From: Phaeosaccion multiseriatum | Taxonomy: Eukaryota; Protista; Ochrophyta, other classes | Length of the DNA stretch: 64,000 nt | NCBI GenBank assembly: GCA_965112735.1 | Contig: OZ218951.1 | Location: 4,836,001 to 4,900,000 of the forward strand | Reading direction: 5' to 3' | In this document: piece after piece, positions 21,265 through 34,838 of the stretch | Numbering within the stretch: the first letter of the stretch is position 1 | Layout of the letters: every line of letters starts with the position of its first letter | Notes under the pieces: generated by a model | Told to the model about the DNA's origin: nothing | Seen by the model: the letters and a program-made list of their open reading frames with translations, nothing else | The model's database searches: none | Program-made: the position numbers and the translations under genes

Positions 21265-23871
21265 ATGGTCAAGCGCAAGCAGGAACAGCAGCACACATCC
21301 CAGGCCCCGCCTTTGGAGCCCATTCGTGCAGCTGCTGCCGCGACGGCGGCTCCTACTGCTGCTCCTGCCACTTCTTCTCCATCCGGGCTATTGCAGGGCG
21401 TGATGGGCTCATCCGCTGCGCCACGTTTCTCCTCCGGTCCACCCAGCTTTTCCCATGAGTCTCAAAAGGTAAGGAAAGGCTACGCAAGGTACTGCGTCCT
21501 TTGCTCCCGCCCTACACTTGCTGGGGGCTGGTAATTCCCCTCCTCGCATTATGTCCGCTTCTACCCGCGGTCCTTACCGGCCAATCCCTCTGCCTTTTCC
21601 CCCCAAATCTCCGCAGCTCGTCACTTCCGCCTCTTTTGCTGGGGGTGGGAAGATGCAGGCCTTCATGTCTCCCATCCACGCGGCTTCACGGCCAAGCCTC
21701 AATCGGACTCCCATGAGCGCCCCGGCTCCTCATCCGGCAGGGGGTGAAGGGGCTATCGCCCGCAATGGAAGACGCCTTTGTGAAGACTACCAAGAGACTG
21801 TGCCCCTCCTCCGCACTAGTCCCGTTCGCACCACGACTCCCGAAGTCTTGATGCCGCTGGGAACATCCGAGAATGACGAGGGAGAAGGAGGAGTCCATAG
21901 AGGATGCGGGACACAGAAAAAGGGCTCTGGGGCAGCAGTAGCACCCACTGGAGGAGAAGTAGTAGGGGGGGGCGGAGGAGCAGGAGCTCCAGCAACATCT
22001 GCGGCAGCACCAGCAGGAGGAGCAGCAGGAGGAGAAGGAGAAGGAGAAGCAGGAGCAGGAGCCGCTGCTGTACGGACTCCTCTCCCTTCCGCGAGGCCGG
22101 CGGAGCCCTTCACCTTCTCCCCCATTCTCCTGCAGGGCCTGGGCATCAGCACTCCCTCCCCCGGCACGGCTTTACTCTTCCAGCAGCCGTGGACCGATTC
22201 CGAGGGCCTGGCCCCGTGGAGCACCACGAATGCTGAGGTGAGTGGTGGCGAGTGCGTGGGAGGTGCGTGAGCGAGCCAAGTTGTGAGCCCCCTGTTTTCG
22301 GCTAGCTACAGCCTCCCCTCCTCTTTGGGAGAGCTCCACTCGCCTGCTCCCTCCCCTCCCGACTCTTCGTTACTAACCTCGTGTCTCGCCCCCTCCCCTC
22401 CTCACCCCTCCCTCACTCACTGGCCCCTCCCCGGTATTCGGCAGGCACCAACTGGCCAGCAGCAGCAGCAGCAGGAGGAGAAGGAGGAGGAGGAGGAGGA
22501 ACAGACCCACCACCCAGCCATGACCATGATACGCGATGGCCACCCCAACCGCAGCGACAGCCACCGCCCCTTCCGATCCTCCACGTCTCCCGCGGAGAAC
22601 GAAGCCGCTAATGCGCTGGTGGCCATCGGGAGTCCTCTTCCACCCGCTCGCCACCTCCGCCTGCACCACCAGGGTCAGGGTCAAGAAGGTGAATCATCTT
22701 CTTCTTCGGACACGCATGTAAGAATGTCGAGTCTCTCTCCCTCTCTCTCTCGCTCCACATCACTAGCTATACACTTCTACACACCCGTACACACGACACG
22801 CCCACACGCACGCACATCGTCGCCTGCCTCTCGAGACGCACTGCTCCATCAGAACTTTTGCTTCGCTTCTTATGACACTACTCCATCACAACTTTTGCTT
22901 CGCTTCGCTTCATGAATGCCCAGGGGGGACTCAGAGGAGTTGCTCACTCGACTCTTCAGCCCACGCGGAAGGCCAATCTGCCTCCTCTAGCGAGCCCCGC
23001 AGCCCAATCCCTGCAGAGCTCCACCACGCCTCGTCGCTCTACTCGCCGCACGACGGCTTCCAGCAGAACGGACGGGGGGCTAAGGAGCGGGCACCACCAT
23101 CAGCAGCAGCAGCAGAAGTCAGAGCAGGGCTTTGCCGTAGGAGTGGGGGAGCACGAGATCACAATCAAGCTTCGTATCCGCCCCTCCGCTGCCCATCCGA
23201 GGCCAGGAGGCTCCGTGGTGCCTTCTTCCTCTTCACAGTCGATGGTGGTGGATGGTGGGGACGTTGACGACAGATACGAAGGAGCGAGGCTGGGGGCGAA
23301 CAGGGTTTTCTTTGACTGCGTCGCGGATTACCATGGAACGGGAGCCATGAGCGCACGGGCGGAGGACGCGACATACACCCATTGGCAAGGGGGGTCACGA
23401 CTGGGCGAGGGGTGGGGTGAAGATTCCTTCTCCTCGGAGTCGGCTGCGACCAAGCGGAAGCAGGAGGAGCAGGATGAGAAGGAGGAGGAAGAGTGGCAGC
23501 CGCAAGGCGTGCAGAAGAAGAAGCGGGGGCCTGGGCGGCCGCGGAAGGTGGGTGGAACGACGAGCGGGCAGCAGCAGACCAAGACGGGCCGACCTCGCAA
23601 GGCGGCTAGAGGGAGAGTGTGGTCGTCTTCCCAGCAGTCGCGGGGCCCCGGGGGGAGGTTCGGAAAGAAGGTCGACGACAGCGGCGGTCGCAAGCCTGCT
23701 GGAGCAAATACGACTGCACAATCGAGCGGAGGGGGGGCAGTCGCGGCAGCGGGCATTGGGGAGCCTCATGAGGCAGAGGAGGTAGTCGGCACCGACCCCC
23801 CAGCCACGGCGCCTGCCGCCCTTGACAGCGACCCGCCGCCAGCCTCAGCAAGTGTGAGCGGGTGTAGCTAG
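21265..23871 (+). CDS. Low-complexity putative nuclear protein with AT-hook motifs; exons 21265-21468, 21617-22237, 22445-22717, 22924-23871
   Basis: All joins are phase 0 and link consecutive ORFs; KKKRGPGRPRK and TGRPRK motifs. Confidence 0.7.
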
Positions 23872-24882
23872 CTACAGCCTCTTCCCGCACAACTGGTGCT
23901 CCTGCCTCTGCGCTTGCTTCCAATCAGGGCAGCCGTACAGTCTCTCATTTACCGACAAGGAATGTGCTGTGCAGGGAGCTGCAGCTTTCAGTGGCTGGTG
24001 CCGATGGTGGTGACGGTGATGGTGGTGGTTGTATTGGTGGTTGTGTTGGTGGTGGTGGCGGGGGTTGGGGTGGTGGTGGTGGTGGAGGTGGTGATGGGGC
24101 TGTTTGGTCAATGCCAAGTCCAGCGGCGGAACACGGAGGAGAGGCAGGGCGAGGAGAAGTAGAAAACTCGGTTTCTTCAGGCGTTTCGTCAGGCGTTTCG
24201 TCAGGCATCCTCGCATGGAGCGATTACCGAGGGGCGGCGGTGGCAGGAGCGGCGGCTTGGGGGGCGAGGAGAAGCAAATAGAAGGGGAACGAGCCATGGC
24301 CATCAGGACACAATGACGGTACTAGGCTGGGGAGGGGAGGGAGAGGAGGGGGGGTATTGGAGGAGGCACAGGAGGTGGAGCGCTTCACAGAGGGGGCTTT
24401 TGCGATCGTTAGTTTACATACACATACAGCCACGCGAGTACGCAAACACACATACACTTCGCGCACGCACACACACCTAGTTCGCATTAGTTCACTCTTC
24501 GCCTTGTCCGTATTGTAGCATATAAGAGCAATAGAATTTATCAGGTCATACACACAGACATCTGTGCACCTCACCTGGCGCATCAGGTTCAGTGGCCGAA
24601 CCACTCCTCTCCTGTGTTTCGGGAGTTCATTTTCGTTAAACATTCCTTTCCTCTTTTCGATTTTCAGCTTCGATATCGACTCCGTTTATGTGTTCGATAA
24701 TGAGAAGGTCACATAAACTGAAATCTGAAAGCACTCCCCGCTCGGAACATGAGAGAGGAAGAGAAAGGGCAAGAGAGGCACGGGATGGAGCATTAGGGGG
24801 GGCTGTTGGCGCCAGTGGAGAGCGAGAGGGACAGGCAGAGACAGATGGAGAGAGAGAGAGAGAATGAGAGAGAGAGAGAGAG

Positions 24883-25009
24883 TCGACCCCTGACACGCTA
24901 TCGCCGACTTTCTCGATAGCGCGCTTTCGGTCCCCGGGGGGCCCGATAGCGGATAGCGCGCCGGCTGGCGCCGGCGATAGCGGATAGCGGATAGCGTGTC
25001 AGGGGTCGA
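24883..25009. mobile_element. MITE (127 bp) with perfect 20-bp TIRs TCGACCCCTGACACGCTATC inserted in an (AG)n tract; probable TSD AGAG
   Basis: TIRs read directly; several internal GATAGCG repeats. Confidence 0.85.
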
Positions 25010-25802
25010 AGAGAGAGACAAAGAATGAGAGTGCGCGTGAACGCTTTTTTGTTGTTTGTATGAGAGGACTGGTATGAGAGTCGAATGAGAGTGAAAATGG
25101 AAAGATGAAAGAAGCGAGTTGGGTATCACGATCGTCGCCAGAGATTTTGGGGACCCTCGAGAGGAGGGGCACTTCTGCCCGCCGCAAAGATCTGTATGAC
25201 CTGTGCATGAAAGCACAGGAGCACCTCAACGAAAGAGTGCAGGAGATCTCTTGTTATCGCTGCGCGCCTGTGGTGGGTGCGCGGAAGAGCAGGACGGCCG
25301 CAGCTCAGGTGTGAATGTAACATTTGGTTGAGTTTTTTTTGACCCCTGGGGAATTGGTGCCAACCATTCTTCACCGTCTCGCCTTTCTCGAGGTGGAGGA
25401 AGAACAGCAGCAACAACAACAACAACAGCAGCAGCAGCAGAAGAAGAGGAAGGGGGTGCAGAGGCGGCAGCAACCGCCGCGCATCAGCAGCCGTCGGGTA
25501 AGGACAGAAGGCCTCAGAGGTTCGTTGGAGCCTGTCACACAGAAGCATTGTTGAGGGCATATCCTGAGGAAGCTTGAGGCGTAAGTCCAAGAAACAACTT
25601 CCCTCCCGTATGAGTGGGGAGGGCGGGCGCTAGTGTGCTTGTCTTGAAGTCTCTCGCAAGGTCATAGCCAGGAGGAGCCGCAGAGCACAAAGAGTCCTTC
25701 GTGGCAGGGAGGGTAGGAGCAGCAGCAGCAGCAGTCAGCAGTCAGCAGCAGCAGCAAGCACAGTAGCAGCGGTAGCAGCTAGAAGGAGGAGAAGCGGTCA
25801 AC

Positions 25803-28576
25803 ATGCCTCCCGGGGGGAAAGTGCTCAACACCCTGCGAAAGATGATGACCATCGAAGCGGAGGAGCAGCTCACTCGAGTAGAGAAGGTGGTGGTATGCAA
25901 CAACTATCGCATCATGCTGGTTGATGCCGTCCCCGGAGGCTCAGGTGGGTGGGTGGGTGGATACGGAATGACAAGGCAAGGCAACGCCACGTCTTCTTCT
26001 TTCGTCTTTCTTTCGACTCCGCTACTTGAAGATACAGCCGCGCTTTCCCTTTTTTGAGCCTTGCTGCTGAGTTGGGATGGGACGGGATGGGGTGGGATGC
26101 GTCGCTCTTAGCCTACCTAACTCACTCACTCACTCACTCACTCTGCAGCCTTCAACCCTCGGGGCACGGCGAAGCTGGAGGACTGGGCGAGAATACACAG
26201 TGGACACACGCTATGGGAGGCGAGCCACCTGCTCAACAGCTACCTCGTGGGGAACAACGTATGCCGAGGTATAGAGAGAGAGAGGGGCGGGGGGTCCTTG
26301 AGGGGAAGAGATGAGAGGTCGAGAAACGGAGATGAAATGGTGAAACCCTCCCTCACAGACCCAGCACCGCCTCCCTTTCTCTGCTGCTGCTGCTGCTGCT
26401 GCTGGTGCTGCTGCTGTGTCACCAACTGCTCTAATCCTGTGTGTCTCAGACAAGAGGGTGTTGGAGCTTGGCTGCGGACTCGGAGTGTGTGGAATGATGG
26501 CGCATAGGGCTGGGGCTGCGGCGGTTGTGCTTACAGACGGGTGAGTAAGGAGCGGGGAGGGGGGGGGGGGGAGGAGGGAAGGTAGAGGAGGAGGGAAATG
26601 TATGTGGGGGAGGAGGAGGGCGTGGTCGCTCATTGCTGTCTCATCACTGTAGAACCGACCAACCAACCAACCAACCAACCAACCAACCACCACCCAGGCG
26701 ACTCACACACAGTTCCTCGATGCTCTTTCCTCGCGCGTCTCGCGTGTTGTTCTCCCATGCGTGTGTGTGCGTGTGTGCGTGTGTGTGTGCATGCGTGTGC
26801 ATGCGTGTGCGTGTGCCGCAGAGACGAGAGTCTGCTCCCCATCATTCGCAAGTCCATCACGACCAACAGGATGGAGGAGAGCGAGGATGAGAAGAAGGAG
26901 GACGAGGAGGGACTGGGGGGCGGCAGGCGCATTCAAGCAGAGGTGAGGGAGGGAGTGACGGGAGGAGGAGGAGGAGGAGGAGGAGGAGGAGGAGGAGGAG
27001 GAGGAGGAGGAAGAGGAGAACAAAGGAAATATTAAGGGGGTAAGGGGGGGGGCGGGGGGGAGGAGAGGCAAACAGAGAGAAGGGGGCAGGGAGGGAGAGC
27101 GAGAGAGGCAAACAGAGACAAAGAGGGGAAGAGAGAGAGGGTACAAGGGGAGAAGAATGGGCTTCGAGGAAGCCGTGCCGATGACGGCCCTGGTGTACGC
27201 TGACACCAGATACTCCCTCTTGTGTGTGCCATTTGTGATGTGCGTCAGATGCTGCGGTGGGGAGTAGCCCCGGACATCGAACACGTCCTCGACGAGTGCG
27301 GTGAGTGTATGTATGTGTGTGTGTGTGTATGTGTGTGTGTGTGTTCATGTGTGGTTTGGTACGTGTGTGTGTGTGCAAGTGTATGTATATGTGTTCTGCC
27401 CTTACGTGTCCTTACGTGTCCCCTCATCGTACACTATGCACCCCTCCCCTCCCCCTCACAGGCAAGTTCGACATTATCATCGCCTCCGACGTGCTGTACG
27501 TGTCTGGCCGCACCAAGCGAGAGGGCTTGGCCTGTCTGGACGGGACCGTACACGCCTTCTTCATGACCGCCGCCCTACTGCTGGGGGGGGCGGGCGGCTC
27601 CAAAGTGGTGCTTGCTCACGACTTGAGGGACCCTGCTGATGATGTGCTCGAGGCAGCGGCCAAGGTGCGTCGGGCGTATGGGCGGGCAGGCAGGTGTATG
27701 GGCAGGCATATGGGCAGGATGGGCGGCATGGGCAGGCAGAGAGCGGAGAGGCATATGGGCGGGCAGACATGTATATGGGCAGGCAGCCAAGAGTATATGG
27801 GCAGGCAGGCAGGCGTATGGGCTAGAACCCAGGCATGCAGTGGTATCTCAGGTAGTCAGGGAGCTCGCTAGAGGGAGCGTGCGCCCAACCTGGCTCTCTC
27901 TCTCCCCTCTTTCTCTTTTCTCTCTCTCTCTCTCGCTCTCCCTCTCTCTGTCACTCCTCTCTCTCTCACGCTCTCCGGCCGCCGTATTCCCAACTCATCA
28001 CACTTCTTGTCATGGACCCTCTCTACCCCTCCCCTTTTCTCTCTTTGACAACCTCCTGCTTCTTCTTCCTCCTCCCCCCTCCCCTCCCGCCACAGCACGC
28101 CACTGGCCAAGGCTTCGGCCCGCCCCGTCTTGTCAAGACCGACGGAAGTAGACAGGCCGACAGAGTGGTGCTCGAGATTCCCTTCCTTGGAGGCTCGGGG
28201 CTCGGCAATGAGAACAAGTCAGAGAGCAGAGAGATCATCCTCGAGCAGTGGGTGGAGCTCTTTCCCTTTTTGGGAGAGCGGTGGTGAGTGAGGGGAAGAG
28301 GAGGAGGAGGACCAAGAGGAGGAGGACCAGGAGGAGCACGACCAGGAGGCGGCGGTGGTGGTTGTAGCTTCAGAGCATGTACCCGAAACACGTTCCCCTC
28401 AATCTTCCCTCCCCTCCCTCCCTCCTATCCACTGCCATCCACTGCCATCTCTCCCCGCCTCAGTGTGAGCGGCTTTGCCCTCCCCTCCCCTCCCCGCGTG
28501 GTGACGACAAAGCAGCTCACGCCTCGCACCGACTTCAGCTTCTACGATGGCGATGACGATGCCGTAGATGGGCAGT

Positions 28577-28610
<34 letters not shown>

Positions 28611-28917
28611 GGATGCCAGCTACTTCAGCGACCACACCGCCGGCAGCAGCAGTCACATGGGCAGTACCACCAGCGGCAGCAACAACAACAACAGTAATAA
28701 TAACAGCGGCAGCAGCACCAGCAGCAGCCTCAGCAGGCGGATAGCTGCTGGTGGTGGTGGTGGTGGTGGTGGTAAGAGCGCTCCAAGCACAACGGTGTTC
28801 AGCAAGACACCACCGCGGCCTCCTCAGCATTCGTCGGACGGAAGGAGAGCTGTGATTCCTGCTGGGGGGGTGGGGGGGCGCGCGAAGAGCAATGAAGGGA
28901 CCTTGCGTCTCTCTTGA
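25803..28917 (+). CDS. SAM-dependent protein methyltransferase, family 16 (METTL21/METTL23-like), about 8 exons
   Basis: Spliced product contains SGHTLWEASHLL, KRVLELGCGLG, VVLTDG, LRWG and FDIIIASDVLY. Confidence 0.85.
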
Positions 28918-29680
28918 CTTGACGCTGGACAACTCTGAAGTGGTTTGGCTTTGGCTTTGGCTTTGCTATTGAGTGTACTACAGGATGGAGCTTACCTCAG
29001 TCTGCCTCAATTGGGGGGGCAAGGACAAGGAGGAGGAGTAGGAGGCGAAGGAGGAGGAGGAGGAGGGGGAGGAGGAGGAGGAGGAGGAGGGGGGGGAAGT
29101 GTTGTGAAGAGGCAAGCATGTTTTCATACTGATAGCATCTATTAGAGGAGGAGGAAGAGGAGGAGGAGGAGGAGGAGGAGGAGGAGGAGGAGGAAGAGGG
29201 GGAGGAGGAGGAAGAGGAGGAGGAGGAGGAGGAGGAGGAGGAGGAGGAGGAGGGAGCGTGATGAAAAGGCAAGCATGTCTCCATGCTCAGAATCCTTTGT
29301 AGAGGAGGGAGGAGTTTGTGAGATGAGGCAGGCAGGCATGCGGTATAGCTTTTGAAGGTATCTGGAGATAGAAGGGGGGCGAGGTGCATCTTATCCACTT
29401 CAGTTGGCTCACGCGGTCTTCCTTCTCTCTTCTGCAGGGAAGACTGGTGACCCTGCTCTCAAAGAACCGCCCTCTTCGTTTGTTGTCAAAGATACAGTAT
29501 CAAAGAACCGCCCTCTTCGTTTGTGTCTACCCTCAAGCCGCTCCCATCGTCTCATCCGGGAAAGCCGTCGCATCCGACCTACTTCGAAGTAAGAAGGTGG
29601 ATTTTCTGTCACTTCCCTCGTGAAAGCACTGGTGAAAACCCCCCGGGGAGACATCTCTCTCTCTTTGCCGCTCAAAGGGG

Positions 29681-29791
29681 GGGAAGGAAGGAAGGATCTG
29701 GCTTCATTGCATGAAAGGAAGGAAGGAAGGAAGGATCTGGCTTCATTGCGTGAAAGGAAGGAAGGAAGGAAGGATCTGGCTTCATTGCGTG
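29681..29791. repeat. Three tandem copies of a 39-bp unit (GGAA)n-GGATCTGGCTTCATTGC(G/A)TG
   Basis: AAGGATCTGG recurs at 29692, 29731 and 29770. Confidence 0.85.
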
Positions 29792-30430
29792 TGCTCGGTG
29801 AGGATGCTTGTGCCTAGTCAGCTGCTCACCCTCATCTCCTACTCTTGCTTTGTTGGCCCCTTTTAGCCGCCGACAGGGTCGAACGCAAGTCGAGCGATTC
29901 AGTAGTCTAGCTTCTTCGTCAGCGAGTGTATCACGAAGCCTTACGTGCACACGTATGTATACAATTATATAAGATTACGTGCACATTGAAAGGAGAAAAT
30001 ACGTCTATCGTGTATGTGTATCAATTGATCCAACCACTGCAAGTCAGACCCGCCCCCTCCCCTTCCTCCTCTATCTCTACATCTATGTCTCTGTCTGTCT
30101 CTGTGACTCCGCCCTCTTGTGCCTACATACTCCGTGTCTACACACTGTGAGTCTCCCTGACCCAAAAGCAAGCCAGTGAGGCTACCTACCTACCTATCAA
30201 TCAATCAATCAATCAATCGATCAGCACATCACAAAAGAGAGCATCAAGATACACCCTACCACACCCTGTTCACGCACTTGCCGTGGTTGAAGTTGGACAT
30301 CCCCTCCCCGCCGCCCCTCCTTCCCCCTCTATATCTGTGTGCTGCCTCTTGTCTCTGTCTATACACTCTGTGTGTGTATCTGCCCAAAAGCCAGCCTGTA
30401 AAAGTGTAACGCCATATGAAGCTAGGGGCC

Positions 30431-33400
30431 TCAGCGTCCCCCCGTACCATAGCTGTTGTACTTGGGCCCCCCTCCACCCCCATTCAGTGCCATCCGCTTC
30501 CCCTCCGCCCCTCCTCCCCCTCCTCCTCCGGCAACAGAAGATGTCGCAGACGATGCCGCAACAGTCTGTCGCAGCCTCTGTATCACCACCGCAGCCGCCA
30601 CCAAGGCAAGCGCCGCAAGCGCATCCATCCCATTTCGGAAGCTCACACCACTGTTGCTGCTGCTGCTGCTGCTGCGAGTCTCCTCTCTCGTCGCTCCTCT
30701 TCCCCCGGTTGAGTGTTCGGTGGAGCCGAAGTTCACTCCCCACGTTCCCTTTGCCGCCAAACTCACTTGTTCATTATTCGAGTTTGAGTTTGCGGAAGAA
30801 GAATGGAGTCCATCGACGTCAGTGTCGAGTGGGGCGTGGTGGAGAGCAGGATCCACGCCGAAGTCCTGATCACAGAGAGAGAGAGAGCGAGAGAGAGAGA
30901 GGTGAGTGGCGAGACAGAGTGGGGGGAGGAGGAGAGAGATGGAAGGAGAGGGAGGGGGAGGGGGAGGGGGAGGGAGAGAGAGAGGGAGAGAGAGAGCAGA
31001 CGTAAGATAAAAGACGAACGAACGTGTGATGAAGCCGCAGATGGCAGCAGATGGCAGCAGATGGCATCAGACGGCAGCAGCGGGGGGTTTGGCTTATACA
31101 CACACACACACACACACACTAGATATCGACTTGTACACCCACCTTCTTAAGCACTTTATCGAAGTCGTGGTAGGCGTCCTTAGCCCCTGGCCCTGTGTAC
31201 GTCCAGGGGAGGGTGTTGATTTCGAACAGCATGGCCCCAAGCGCCCAGCCGATCTGCAAGGGGGGAGAGGGGGCAGGGGGGGGGGGGTGGGTACAGAGAG
31301 AGAGGGAGGGTTTGTAATTCAGTTTCAGGTTCAGTTTAGACCGATATCGTAGGTTCATCTCTCGGTAACCCTCTCCCTCCTTCCCTCCCTCCCCCTCTTT
31401 CCCTCGCTCCGATTGACCTTGAAGCCGTCGATATCATCAACAAAGGTGAGGGGATGATCCAGCGCAAATCCGTAACCGTCGTGGAGCAATGTGAAGGCGT
31501 ACGACAGTTGGAAGCACGCCATGTGCAGCGCTGAGTCAATCTGCAATGGTTGGTTGTTCGGTTGGTTGGGGGCGGACACAGGGAGCGATATATTAGTATT
31601 CGTCAATTGGGGCAAGGGAATATGCACGCACACACTCACGCTCACACTCCCTCTCTCTCTCGCTCTCTCGCTCACGCTCTCTCCTCTCCCTCTCTCTCCA
31701 CCCCCCTCTCTCTCCCTCCCTCCCTCTCTCTCTCTCTCTCTCTGTCATACCTCCTTCTTCTTGATGGGCTTGCCCAGGAACTCGTTCCAAGCCTTGAGCT
31801 CCGTGTAGTTCATGGAGCAAATGTCCTCCGCCTAATATGGATGGCACCGGACGGCACCAGACAGCACAGGGCATACAGGGGCATACAGGGGGTATACAGG
31901 GGTATACAGGGGCATACAGGGGCATACAGGGGCATACAGGGGTATACAGGGGCATACAGGGGCATACAGGGGGTATACAGGGGCATACAGGGGCATACAG
32001 GGGCATACAGGGGTATACAGGGGCATACAGGGGCATACAGGGGCATACGGGATTCAGACAGAGAGCGGGGCTTCGCATAAGGGAGGAGGGTCACGTGAAT
32101 CACTCAATCACCAAATCAATCAACCACTCCATTGATCACTCCATTGATCAATCACCAAATCAACCACTCCATTGATCAATCAACCACTCCATTGATCAAT
32201 CAAACTCGCGACCTACACCTCTAAGCACGCGCGCACATACACCAAAGGAATAACAGTCGCCCTGCCTGACTGCTTGACTCACTGACTCATTCACTCCCTC
32301 ACTCACGCACGCACGCACTCATGCACACACGCACTCACACACACACGCACTCATGCACTCATGCACTCATGCACTCATGTACCTCACGCACTCCCACACT
32401 CACCTTATCGCGGAATTCAGCAAGGGTGGTGTAGGAGGGGAGACCCGTGAGTATCCACGCGTCGTAGTAGCCGGAGAAGGCGAAGAAACCGCTGCAAGGG
32501 GCAGGGGGGGGGGCAGACAGGCAGGGCAGGTAGGGAAGCAGGGAGGGGAGGGGAGGGGAGGGGAAGGGAAGGGAGGGGAGGGGAGGGGAGGGGAGGGAAG
32601 GGGAGGGGAGGGGAGGGGAGGGGAGGGGAGGGGAGGGGAGGGGAGGGGAGGGGAGGGGAGGGGAGGGGAGGGGAGGGGAGGGGAGGGGAGGGGAGGGGAG
32701 GGGAGGGGAGGGGAGGGGAGGGGAGGGGAGGGGAGGGGAGGGGAGGGGAGGGGAGGAAGGGGAAGGGAAGAAAATATGAGATAAGAGAAGGGAGGGAAAA
32801 CACGGTCGACGGACACTTACTGAACCCTAACCCACACCAACACCCACACCCACCCACACCCACACCCACACATACACCTTCCCATTGACTTACTACCCCC
32901 TGTACCTGTGGTTGCCGGTGGGCAGCGGCGGCTGATAGATGCCGGCATACGAGCAGTCGCCCTTGTGAGCATAGTGGCACCACCCGTTGTACTCCAGGTT
33001 GAGCAGCCATTTGGCGTTGGGGTAGCACGCTGCAAAGCCTGTATCATGCTCTCCTGCATCGGAGGCTACCGGTGTAACGGCCGCAATGCCGGCATTGTAC
33101 ACAGTCGGGGTGGTGGCATTGCTACTGGTGGAGGTGGTGGGAGAGTAAGGAGAGGGGGGGGTGCCGACGCCGTAGGTGAGTTTGTCTTCCTTCTCCTCCT
33201 CCTTCTCTTGCTTCTTCTCTGCCTTCTCGAGCTTCTTGTCCTTCTTGTCCTTCTTGCCATCGCCCTTGCTGTGTTTGCTCTTGAGAGAGCGACGATGACG
33301 ACTGCGAAGTCGGTTGTCCTTTTCGTTGGAGAGAGAGGGAGAGAGAGAAAGAGAGATAAACACAGATCGAACGAGAGAGAGAGAGATCGAGAGAGATCGA

Positions 33401-34794
33401 GAGTGAGAGAGAGAGGGCGAGAGAGAAGAGAGAGACAGAGAACACACGAGGGATGAAAAAGAAAGCAGTAAGGTCCTTGGGTGCATCGATGCAGTGAAGT
33501 GCCATCTGCCCTGCCGTAGTCCCTAGTCCTGCCTGCCACCTTTGCCCTTTGCCCTGATGACTGACCTTGTCCGGCGGCGGAATGAGCTCAATGAGGCGAG
33601 GCTTCCCGGAGCTTGTCTCCACAAAGTACGCCCCTGGGAAGCCGCTGGGGAGGCACACATCCACCACCTGGGTAGCGCTGCCCCCGTATTGCTGCATCAG
33701 GTCTACTCCGTCACACGGCACAGAGATGGGCGGTGGAGAGGAGGGGAGGGGCGGAGGGGGGGGGTGAGACGAGAGGAGGTTCTCTGCCACAAGCAGCAGG
33801 AAGGAAGGCGTATCAACAGGCGGGCATAAGAGCAGGCGTATGAACAGGCGGGCAGGCAGGCGTATGAACAGGCGGGCAGGCAGGCATAAGAGCAGGCATA
33901 AGAGCAGATGAGTAGGCAGGAAGGCCGACGACAAGTCGACCACCCCACTCCTGCTCCTCCTCCTGCACAGGCCATTCACTGCCATCCTTGCCACCCTTCG
34001 GTTGTGTGTGTGCCGGCATCTTGTACACCGCAAGCTGAGTTAAGTCGCGGTACGTAGGCTCACGTAGCGTCTTACGCAGTGGTACGTAAGAAGCAAGTAA
34101 CGTAAGCAAAGTAAGTAAGTACCTTGCACGTCCTCGTCACTCTTGAGCACCTCTGTTGGGTCGGCGATGCCCACTCCGAGCTTGCGGCGCTGAGATTGAG
34201 AGAACTCCAGCGGCTTGGAGTAGGGAAGATCCTTCTCCTGCACAAGTCAAAGGGGGGGGGGGGAGGGAGGGAGGGAGGGAGGGGAGGGAGGGAAAGGGGG
34301 AGGGAGGCAGGGAGGTAGGGAGGGAGGGAGGGAGGGAGGGAGGGAGGGAGGGAGGGAGGGAGGGAGGGAGGGAGGGAGGGAGGAGGGGAGATGTATGGCA
34401 TGGTTCAGAGAGATATAGACAGGACATAGACTGAGAGAGGGAGGATGCAGAGGAGGCAGTGGATGGGAGGGAGGGAGAGGAAGGCATGAAAGTAGATAGC
34501 AGTGGATGGTAGTGAATGGCACTTACTCACTTACTCACCTTCATGGTCTGCAACCTCCTCCCCCTGCCCTCCCCAACCGAGAGAGCCCGTCCACTGCCAT
34601 CCCCCTCCTCCTCTTCATCCTCATCGAGCAGGGCCATTGTGGCGATGTGAGACTTGAGACGCACACGCGCACTCGTGCTGCCGTAGTATAGGAAACTTGG
34701 AGGGGGGTGAAGAGGGGGGATGGCAGTGGACGGCAGTGGGGGGTGGGAGTGGGTGGCAAAAGGTGGAGGGGTGGATAGAAGCAAATGAGGTAGT

Positions 34795-34838
<44 letters not shown>

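Noticed and set aside
24883-25009. piggyBac-like element with TCGA target duplication
   Set aside because: The related MITE with a known empty site shows that TCG belongs to the element, and an AGAG TSD restores the host (AG)n tract.
24224-25590. Short ORFs between the AT-hook and methyltransferase genes
   Set aside because: No coherent splice model or recognisable motif; they may be decayed fragments.
31550-32175. Repetitive GAYRGIQGHT / CPCMPLY proteins
   Set aside because: These are translations of an intronic 10-bp minisatellite.
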